Part shown: positions 1 to 10,700 of the stretch, one piece after another
How positions within the stretch are numbered: position 1 is the first letter of the stretch
How the letters are laid out: each line of letters opens with the position of its first letter
Assembly: GCF_030028105.1 (NCBI RefSeq)
Contig: NC_092398.1
Location: forward strand, 25,745,649-25,809,648
Length of the DNA: 64,000 bases
Origin: Mobula birostris
Taxonomy: Eukaryota
Direction: 5' to 3'
Notes under the pieces: model-generated
The model's database searches: none
Told to the model about the DNA's origin: nothing
Seen by the model: the letters and a program-made list of their open reading frames with translations, nothing else
Translations under genes and position numbers: made by a program

Positions 1-916
1 GCCACCCTTGGGCAAGGTGTAGCACCCGCTTAGCCCCTCGATCAGAGTCATGGGAACCACGGGAGCAGATGGTGGACGATCATGAGTAGCTGGTGTATAA
101 TCACAAGTCCTGGTTATGCGACTGGTGACGCCAGGTAGACAATCTCTGAAGAGTATTGATAATGGCTGGGGGTCACCTATCTTGTAAAGACACTGCCCAG
201 AAGGCAGCAATGGCAAACCACTTCTGTAGAAAGATTTGCCGAGAATAATTGTGGTCATGGATAAACCATGATCGCCCACGTCATACGACACAGCACCTAA
301 TGATTTCATGTGACACAGCAAATAATGATGTCATACTATACATCACATAATGATGACATCATACACATAATGATGGCGATGATGTAGGAGGGGAGGGTCA
401 AATTGATCTCAAAGAGTACTGTTCTATGTTAAAAATTTAGAAGAATATTGTTGGGACTTGAGAACCTGAGTTACAGAGAAATAGGTTAGGACTTTATTCT
501 CTGAAGAGTAGGAGATTGAGGGGAGATTGATAGAGGTGTACAAAATTATGAGGGGTACAAAATTATAGGGTAAATGCAAGCAGGCTTTTTCCCCTGAGGT
601 TAGGTGAGACTAAAACTAGAGGTCACAGGTTTAGGGTGAAAGGTGAAATATTTAAGGGGAACCTGAGGCAGAAACGGCTTAACTCAGTGTGGAACGAGCT
701 GCCAGCAGAAGTGGTGGATGCAACACGGGGAGAAGTTTGGACAGGTACATGGATGGAGGGGTATGGAAGCTTGTGGTATAGGTGTGCTTCAATGGGTCCA
801 GGCAGAATAAAAGTTCAGCACAGATTAGAGGGGCCAAAGGGCCTGTTTCTGTGCTGTAGTGCTCTGTGAGACAAGTTTAATCTTCTAATCCTCTTGATTT
901 AATTTTCCTCCAGTTG

Positions 917-3750
917 AGGCTTCCGGTGACACCATGATTCAGTATTGACCTGCCTCGCATTCCCTCCCATGAAACTCCAGGAATAATAGCTGTTACGTTA
1001 CTTTTGACCATCTGTGAAAGACATTTTTTCCAAGTAAATGGTACAGGAACACGAGTATGGCATCTCTGACTTCAAAACACACTGGAAAACAGGAAATACA
1101 AAGAGAAAGCAAAGACAAAAAGATACAGCAAGCTCCAGAACAGGCCGAAGCTAGCAAAGACGACGAGGAGAAAGATATGGCCGTGATACTATGCGAGTTG
1201 AAAGAGCTGAGAAAAGAAAATCGAGAGAGTCATTTTCAGACATCAAGGCATCCCTATCTAGACTGGAGACCTTGGTGATAGACCTGAAGGAACGACTGGA
1301 CCTACTTGAGCAGAGATCTGCCGAGTCTGAGTCCAGAATTAGGGCTAACGAGGACGCATGTTTCTGGCATGAGAGAGCACTTAAATACCTGTTGAAGTGA
1401 GAAGCCGCTCTCACCGCAGCTTGCGATGATCTCCAGAACCGCTTACGAAGAAATAACCTAAGAATTTATCAGATACCCGAGGGTAGTGAGAAAGGAGACA
1501 TGGTGGGGTTTGTCAAACAGTTAATTAAAGTGACGCTTCGGCTGCCAGAGGACTTAAATTTACACATTGAGAGAGGCCACTGATCGCTGATCACAGAGCC
1601 GGCGCCCTCTGCACCACCGCGCTCCGTCATTGTGCGATTATACTGTAAAAGAGACAGTACTGCGTCAAACATGGGCTCAAAAACAAGTCACGTTTCAAGG
1701 CAGAGTCATCTATTTTGATCAGGACGACTCTCCCGAGGTCCAGGAAAGAAGAGCAGCAAAAGGCCGCGCGCCGTGATCAAACAGCTAAAGGAGGAAGGTG
1801 GGCAGGCAAGTTGTCGCTTCCCAGCGCAGCTGAGAGTAAACTCGGATGCTGGAGTGAAGACCTTTCCTTCCCTGACTGAAGCTTTACCCACACTGAACAA
1901 CCTGGGCGTCTCCGTGCCGGTGAGCGGGAGGGAGAAGCTGGAACAGCGGCTCATCAGCGAGGTGTGGCGGGTACAGCGGAGGGGGCGAGGAGGAGGAAGC
2001 ACTGCACCGGAGGCAGACATGAGAGCTTTCCTGACATAGGAAGAGGCCGATTACATCCTTTCTTTCAAAGGAGGAGGTATTATGAACAGTGTCTTCTTTG
2101 GACTGATTAATAATTTCTGGGCGTGAGTGATATTTAACTATCTTCGCCAACATGCATAGCTACTTACCAGCGTAACTGGCATATTTTGATATACAATGTA
2201 GTTTCGTGGTGGTGGGGGGAGGTGAGTTAAATTTTATTAAGCAGACACAAAAGGAAAAGGAATCGCCAAGGAAGGGCAACAACTCAACCAGGGGGATATG
2301 TTTTCCCCGTGGTTTGTAGCTATGACAGCACTGTGTGTGTGTTCCCCACAGAGAAGCATGTGGCATTATTCTCTGCCTAATTATCATCGGGGGTGGTCTT
2401 GATAGGAGAAAAAGCAGTCATAATAATTTGTTTTATCAGGAATTTTAAAAGGCCAACTGGGTTTCTGGAAGTCTTGTTTGGTTTTGTTGTGTTTTGTGGG
2501 TTACATTCTTTAGTAAGTCGTTCTCTAGGCATTGACAGGTCATCACAAGTCTTTCAGTTATTGTACTATAAAACTGCCGGGTTTGGTTGAAGGTGGGAGG
2601 GGGATGGTGATGTACTAAGAGAGATATTGTATCATGGTCACTTTGAACATTATTAGTTATAATATTAATGGAATCAATCACCCCATTAAAAGGAAAAAAA
2701 TATTGGCTCAGTTGAAAAAACTTAATTGCCCTATTGCTCTATTACAAGAAACACATTTAGGAGATATGGAACACAAAAAATTAAAAAGAGAGTGGGTAGA
2801 TCAAGTCTATTATTCATTTTGCCCTAAAAGTAGAAAGGGAGGAGTTGCAATATTAATCAACAGATCAGTTTATTTTGTGGTGGAAAAAGAGGTTAAAGAC
2901 AAGCAGGGTAGATATGTGTTAGCTTTGGACTCGATGGGAGGTGCAGAGTTTACCATCATGAGCATTTATGCACCGAATGAAGTTAACCCCACCTTTTCCA
3001 AAGAAGTAGCTTTATTACTTGCCAGGGAAGCTAGGGGTACTGTTAAAGGAGACTTTAATTGTATTCTTAATAGGCATTTGGATAAATTACCTGGGAATGG
3101 GGATCCTCTAAGCAAGAAGTCGAAAGCAGTAAAAATTATGTTGGATGAGCTTGGGCTAGTATGGCTGGAGAGCAATGAATCCAGGTGCCAGGGATTTTAG
3201 TCATGTATCAGGAGCCTGTGGCTCATATTCAAGAATTGACCTTACTTGCATCCCAAAGAAGAATCTACATCAGGTGAAGGAATGCGTTATTGTCAGATCA
3301 TGTTCCTGTTAGACTTGTACGGGAAGTAGCTTCTGAGCGGCATTTTAAATATTGGAGACTCAATGTTTCCTCGTTGATGGATCCCTTTTCCTATAATCAA
3401 CCAAAACAGTGCATTGACGAATATTTTGTGACAAATGACAATGGGGAGGTTTCCCCCTCGATACTGCGGGAAGGTGCAAAAGCTGTGATTAGGGGAAAAT
3501 GTACTGATTTGGCTGTTCAAATGAAAAAATATCAGAACGAAAAATATAATCAGTTACAAAGTGAAATAAAAAGATTAGAAAAAAAGGCACAAATTAACAC
3601 TGAACAAGGATGATTGGAAAAACCTACAAAAGTGTAGGGATGCCTTGAATGAGTTGCTCACATATAAAGCGGAAGGAACACTTAGATAACACATAAGTAT
3701 TATGAGATGGGGAACGGGGCCAGCTGTCTGTTAGCATTTCAGTTGAGAAA
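917..3750 (+). mobile_element. Decayed L1-clade LINE, 5' half (ORF1 plus APE endonuclease part of ORF2)
   Basis: Broken ORF1 at 1057-2039 (coiled coil, then RRNNLRIYQIPEG, IERGH, P..RSVIV). ORF2 starts at 2634 with LNIISYNINGIN..LLQETHL..IYAPN..GDFN..SDHVPV..WRLN and has stops and frameshifts. No RT follows. Confidence 0.88.
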
Positions 3751-4121
3751 GGTAATTTTCCTCCAGTTCTGGGCACACCCACCCCCTATATTACCAAACT
3801 TTGGAAGACCTGCTTCCGGAGGTGGGAGGGTGGGGGGGGGGAGGTGTGTTCGGGGGTTGGGGGGTGTTTCTCGGTCACTCGTGGATCCTGGTCACAGGCC
3901 GGGCAGGGGGCTGTGTCGCAGCTGACCACCTACTCCTCCTCAGAGGACTCATCTGTGGCCAGGTGTCACTAGAGAGGGAAAACAGGGTGACCCCTGGTTC
4001 CGAACAGGCATTGTGGGGCTGCTGGTGTTGGAGTGGATAGGGGAGTGTCCCCCGCAAAGAGAATGTGCTGTAATCTTTATGTCAACACTATGTAAAAAAT
4101 ATTGAAATACAAGGAACAACT

Positions 4122-4582
4122 TCACACACCCGGGGTCAAACACAAATTGATGCTCCCTCCACACTGTCCCATCACACACTCCCGGGGTCAGACACAGAGT
4201 GAAACTCCCTCCACACCGTCCCATCACACACTCCCGGGGTCAGACACAGAGTGAAACTCCCTCCACACCGTCCCATCACACACTCCCGGGGTCAGACACA
4301 GAGTGAAACTCCCTCCACACTGTCTCATCACACAATCCCAGCGTCAGACACAGAGTGAATCTCCCTCCACACTGTCCCATTACACACTTCCGGGGTCAGA
4401 CACAGAGTGAAACTCCCTCCACACCGTCCCATCACACACTCCCGGGGTCAGACACAGAGTGAAACTCCCTCCACACTGTCTCATCACACAATCCCAGCGT
4501 CAGACACAGAGTGAATCTCCCTCCACACTGTCCCATCACACACTCCCAGCGTCAGACGCGGTGAAGCTCCCTCCACACCGTC
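4122..4582. repeat. 52-bp minisatellite, about 8-9 copies
   Basis: Unit CACACTCCCGGGGTCAGACACAGAGTGAAACTCCCTCCACACCGTCCCATCA; period 52 (4181 to 4233). Confidence 0.92.
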
Positions 4583-4779
4583 GCCTTGTGCATTGTGAAT
4601 AAGTTCCGTACTTGGAAAGCTGGAGAATCAGAGCTAATTTTGAAAGGTTGAGGTGGAGGGGGGGGTTGGACTTCTTCCTTGAGGTCGACAGCCTGGCTCC
4701 TGGCTGCCCCTTTCCTTTTTGATCCAGCGGTGTGGGGGAAGGAACGAGGAGCCTCGCCTTCCTGGAAGCCACCCGTTCT

Positions 4780-7700
4780 TCAGGACATCGAACCCTCTGC
4801 CAGCAGAGAGTCCAGAATGGTCTCGCACAGGTAGAGGCTGCGGGGCAGATGGAAGCACCCTATAAGAGCATGAAAGGCAGAGTCATATCCTTTTTTGGAC
4901 CAGGGCATTTAATTCTTGGATAAGGCTGTTCAATTGTTATTTTCTTCACTGTTAACAATTAATTTTCTGCTTGTATTTTATATAACTACTTATATACTTG
5001 GGTGGAGATACATCCCTACCAAAGGAGGTGTGAGGTGCTCCTTCCCTCCACTAGCCTGCAGGTCACCCTTGGACACAGTGTAGCACCTGCTTAGCCCCTG
5101 ATCAGGGTCACGTGAAGCCATGGGGGCAGGTGGTGGATGGTCGTCTGAGCAGCCGGTGCAGATCACAAGTCCTGGTTATGCACTGATGCCAGGCAGACAA
5201 TCTCTGAAGAGATTGATAATGGCTGCGGTCACCAGTAGCCCAGAAGAAAATGATGGCAAACCACTTACGTGGAAATATTTGCCAAGAACAATCATATTCA
5301 TGGAAAGACCATGAACGCCCACGTCATACGACACGGCTCATAATGAACGAACCTAGTGGCCACAGTATATATGTGCAGCTGTTCAATGTGTTTCTTAGTT
5401 TTTCCACACGATTCTAGAAGCTTCTCTTGGTATTGCTTTATTTGAATAAGGCTTCTAAGATTGGATGACTCTTATCTGTGAATTTGAATGGATGAAAAGA
5501 GCTGACCAGGAGGCTGCGCCATCTTTCGTCTCTCCCTCTCTTCACTTACTAGACCTCTATCAGTGTCTGTTATAACTCTGTTCTTTTAATGCTTAATAAA
5601 ACGATCGTGATACAATGTTCCATCTTATTTTTTTTTTTTACAGCTGCACAGACCAACCACTGCTCAGAGTAGGGGACTTTTACACGGCCTGAAAACTGCA
5701 CAGCACATTATGTAGAAGAAAATTTCCAGCTGCGTGGCAACAAAGGCTATGTGCAGGGGGGCATTTCTGCTACTGCGCAGCTATGCATCTGAGCAGCTTA
5801 GTGGGAATAGTGACTGTGAAGCAGTAAGTTTTGTGCCTCTTTCCTGACTTCCGAAAGAACTCAGAACATCAGAACCCAATACACCCTGCCGGGCTCCCCC
5901 ACCTCCACAACCCTTCCCAACTCTGTCAGTGTGCCGGGATCAGACGTACCTTTGAAAGGTCCTCCCTTGAAGGTGTGGGTGACCTCCCCACGCCGGTTCA
6001 GGTAGCCGTACCATTCTCCGTGCTCCTGATCCGGAAACTGCAGGAGAAACGTTGGAAAACTGAGGCTTTAGTCAGACTGTACTTGGAGTACTGTGTAATC
6101 AGGACAGCCTCTTACTGTTAAAATAAAACAAAAACTAATCAAGAAAATAGCCGGGATGCCCTTCGTTTATTTAGGACACTATATACCGCTCAGTTTGGAC
6201 AGGAGACTATTACTGAAGCATTTCTGATTAGCACCAGTCACATGTAATTGTATGCCTGTTGGGTTCTAGCGATTGGACTGAACAGTTTTTAAATAGCATC
6301 AGTTGCGTGTTTATGTTCGGACACCAGTGACTTTTGTCATGGAGAGTCGGCGTGGAATAAGCAGCAAGACAATTCCCGAACTGTTTTGCTCACCGCCATT
6401 TCAAGCTTTCGGGCTTGGAGATGCCAGAAATGGCCGGGAGTGAGAATGAAACGATTTCACTACTTCAGCAAGTTAGAATTTGAAGGTACCGACAACCATG
6501 TTGAATGTTACAATGAAAATGAAGATTTGCAGGATGCAATAGTCGATAGTGTTGTATGAAGGCAGTCCACTGTCGGTGTCTGCTCTGATTTTGTTCATTT
6601 ACAGTCGATAACTATTAGGAACTAATACACAGTTTTATAGTACTGTGGTTGTATTGGTAGTATTCTAATTTGCTCTGTATTTTATTTAAATACATAATTT
6701 GTTACTGTAGTTTGTCCTTTTTATACCTCCACTATTCCCATTAAACTTCAGCCAATTATGGCAGCTGCTTAATTGGGCCAAAATGTACTGGTCCCGACGT
6801 GTCCCAATTAACCAGAATTCACCAAATTGCGTCATGTAAGCCTCACTGGAGTTTAGAAGAATGAGAGGAGGGGGATTCTCGGAGAAACCTATCCATTATT
6901 GAAAGGCCTAGATAGAGTGATGTGGAGAAGATGTTCCCCATTACAGTGGAGGAAGCGATTGATGCAAGAACGTGACACTTGAAGACAATTGGACAAGACT
7001 GTTGATAGGAAAACTTTATGGCAGGGGTTCCCAAGCTTTTTTTTAATGCCACAGACCTTTGCCATTAACCTGGTTTAGGGGGACCGTGGGTCAAAACGTG
7101 GGCAGATGTGACCAGCTTGGATGGGAAAGGGGAGTGTCAGCAACCAGTTGGGCTGAAGGGCCTCCTTCTGAACCGGGCTCCACGGACAGTCTGTGAGACT
7201 CAGGCAAGCCAGGGACTCGTCGGGTACAACAGACCGTGGACTTGATCCGAATGATGGGTGGACATCCCCCCCCCCGCACCCGCCCCACGCGACCGCGACT
7301 GCACAGGGAAGGGAGGCGAGGGGGTTGCTGGGGGCTGCGGAGAGCAGAAACGTCAGGTAGTGAGAGGCTCAGACGGGCGGTACTCACGTGGCTGAAGCTG
7401 TAGTCGAAGACCTGGCGGAAGAAGTCGAGGAGCCGGGGGTCGCGGCTCAGCTGGTAACCCAACAGGAGGGCCACCAGCGCCTCGGTGTGGGGCCACCAGA
7501 GTTTCATGTCCCATTCAAGCTGGGGGGGGGGAGGGAAAGAGGATGAGAAGGGGAGGGGAGGAAGGGTGGAAGAATAGGGGAAAGGGGAGGGAATGGGGAT
7601 GAGAAGGGGAGGGAAGGAGGGGTGGAAGGATAGGGGAGGGGGAAGTAAAGAACTTGTCAGATCTACAGAGCTTCAGGCATCTCCATTAACTGAGTGATCA

Positions 7701-10700
7701 AATGTGGGGAGGGAGGCGAGGGAGAGCTCAAGGGTGGAGAGAGAAAAGGAGGGGGGTGTAGGGGTGGGCAAGAGATTGGAGGGGACCAGGGAGGATGGGG
7801 AGGAAGGGCGAAGAATGGTTGGGGGGGGGGGTTGAGAAAACCTGTCAGGACCATGCTTTACCAGCAACTGAAGAATCAACAAACCAGTGGGCTAGTGGGT
7901 GGGGTGCAGGGGACCGAGACTCCACGGGGTGGGGTGTCCTCATTTGGGAGGTGGGACAACTCATGGGGAAGGGAGGGAGAGAGGGGGAGACCATGGACGT
8001 CCGGTGCTCCCTCTCTGAGGGGGTGGCGGCGGGTGTAAGAACCTTTCCACTGTACAGAGACCGTCGAACCCCCTTCCCCATCACTTCCATCCCCCAGAGA
8101 GGGGAGGGGAGGGGGATGTTACCTGGGTAGGGGGGAGCCCATTCACGTCGAGGAAGGAGAACAGCCCCCCGTGCTGTTGGTCCCAGCCCAAGCAGAATGG
8201 TCCAACCAGGAACCTCTCCAGCGCCGTCGCCATCAGCTCCTGTGAGCCCGTTGCCTCCGCCCATCGCAGGAGAAACCAGCCGGCCTCCAGCGCATGGCCT
8301 GTCCAACCAGAAGGGTGAGTACACCATCCGCGCACGCACACCCCGCCTCCCCACACCCGGTCCTCTCTCTCCCCATCGCAGGAGAAACCAGCTGTCCTCT
8401 GGCGTGTGGCCTGTCCCACTGTCCGCACACGCTCCTCGCCCCTTCTGCCTGACACTGCTGGAGCAGGTCTGCCTCCAGTGCACTGCACGTCCCACATCCC
8501 CTCCCCTCCCTCATTGTCCCCTCCGTTTGTGACCAAACCTCCTACCGTCCCTCCTCCCTACCTCGCTGTTCATTCCCTCCCGTCTGTCAAACCCTCACTG
8601 TCTCATTGTCCCCATCCTTCCCTTCTCACCTCCACTGACCCCCTCTCTGTCACTTCTCTCTCGTTCTCTCCGTCACCCTCCTCCAAGCCCCTCCCTCACC
8701 CCAGGGAATTCCCATCCCAAGAGAAGTAGGACCAGGCCTTGTAGTTCACCCTCCCCGGCTGAGGGAACCCCACCCCGGGGGGGTCCGGAAAGCACCGGGC
8801 CCTGGGAATCATGCATGGCCTGTACCTGGGTTCAGGAGCCTGCCCTGGCTCCCCGGGAGCTCCTTCCCTTCGGAGGACACAGTCTCCAGCACAGCCGTTC
8901 CGTCCCTCTGCATTGGGGCCGGGGGGGAGGGAGAAGAGTGGTGGGGGAGGAGGGGGTGGGAGGATGAAAAGAGGTAGGGGGTGAAAGGGGGTTTGAAAGG
9001 GGTGGGGGAGGTTGAAAGGGAGCGGAGAGTAGAATCAGCCAGGGTCCCTGCTCCCTATCACTGAGTATACAACACAGAGCAAGGGCAGGGGGCAGGGAGG
9101 GAGGAGGAACAAGCATTTGGGAAAACGAGGGTGATGGGGTCTGAAGGGGAGTGGAGGGGGGAAGGGGATTGGAGGTGGGGGAGTGGATGGGGTAGGGGAG
9201 TGGATGGGGTAGGGGAGTGGATGGGGAGCGGAGTGGAGATGGGGAGCGGAGTGGAGGGGGGTAGGGGAGTGGAGGGGGGTAGGGGAGTGGATGGGGAGGG
9301 GAGTGGAGTGGGGGAGGGGAGTGGAGTGGGGGAGGGGAGTGGAGGGGAGGGGAGGGGAGTGGAGGTGGGGGAGTGGAGTGGAGAATGGGAGGGGAGTGGA
9401 GGATGGGAGGGGAATGGAGGGGCAAGGGGAGCGGAGGGGGGGTAGGGGAGCGGAGGGGGGGTAGGGGAGCGGAGGGGGAAGGGGAGTGGAGCGGGGGAAG
9501 GGGATTGGAGGTGGGGGAGTGGAGTGGAGGGGGAGTGGATGGGGTAGGGGAGTGGATGGGGAGCGGAGTGGAGGGGGGTAGGGGAGTGGAGGGGGAGGGG
9601 AGGGGAGTGGGGGGAGGGGAGGGGAGGTGGGGGAGTGGAGTGGAGAATGGGAGGGGAGTGGAGGATGGGAGGGGAATGGAGGGGCAAGGGGAGAGGGGGG
9701 AGAGGAGGGGGGAAGGGGAGCGGAGGGGGGTAGGGGAGCGGAGGGGGGTAGGGGAGCGGAAGGGGAAGGGGAGCGGAAGGGGGAAGGGGAGTGGAGCGGG
9801 GGAAGGGGAGTGGAGGGGGGAGGAGGAGGATGGAGGATTGAGGGGTCATAGGCGAGTGTGAGGTGGAGGAGGACAGGGAAGGAACAGTCAAACTGCCTCC
9901 CCGTCACTGTCCAATGACCCCAGGGTTGGGAGGGCAGAAATTGGCCTGGGTTCCTCCCCTCTGCCCCACACATCCCAGTCGAGCCCCTCACCTTGCTCTG
10001 ATCCTTTACCTGCAGGTGTTGGAGGATTTTCCGCACGCTCCAATCTCCAACCTCCCAGTACTTCTGCTCGCTCTCCGACACGTCCTCCTCGAGCTGCTCG
10101 ACGAGGCACAGCAACATCATGGGCACCGCCAGTGAGCTGGTGTCCGGGGCCCCGGGCAGATGGGGGCGGCCCAGCCCAGCCGGGTCCACCCGAACCCAGT
10201 GACACACCTGGTCCATCATCAACAGCGCCTCCCTCTGCGGACAGGAGAGCGAGAGGGTGANNNNNNNNNNNNNNNNNNNNNNNNNNNNNNNNNNNNNNNN
10301 NNNNNNNNNNNNNNNNNNNNNNNNNNNNNNNNNNNNNNNNNNNNNNNNNNNNNNNNNNNNNNNNNNNNNNNNNNNNNNNNNNNNNNNNNNNNNNNNNNNN
10401 NNNNNNNNNNNNNNNNNNNNNNNNNNNNNNNNNNNNNNNNNNNNNNNNNNNNNNNNNNNNNNNNNNNNNNNNNNNNNNNNNNNNNNNNNNNNNNNNNNNN
10501 NNNNNNNNNNNNNNNNNNNNNNNNNNNNNNNNNNNNNNNNNNNNNNNNNNNNNNNNNNNNNNNNNNNNNNNNNNNNNNNNNNNNNNNNNNNNNNNNNNNN
10601 NNNNNNNNNNNNNNNNNNNNNNNNNNNNNNNNNNNNNNNNNNNNNNNNNNNNNNNNNNNNNNNNNNNNNNNNNNNNNNNNNNNNNNNNNNNNNNNNNNNN

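Noticed and set aside
4122-4582. Regularly spaced repeats resembling a CRISPR array
   Set aside because: These are head-to-tail repeats with no unique spacers and no cas genes, in a vertebrate context. The same applies to the other arrays.
5012-5350. Ribozyme (HDV-like or hammerhead CTGAAGA) in the RTE-related SINE
   Set aside because: CTGAAGA is not followed by stem II and GAAA, and I could not build an HDV double pseudoknot by eye. A descriptor search would be needed.
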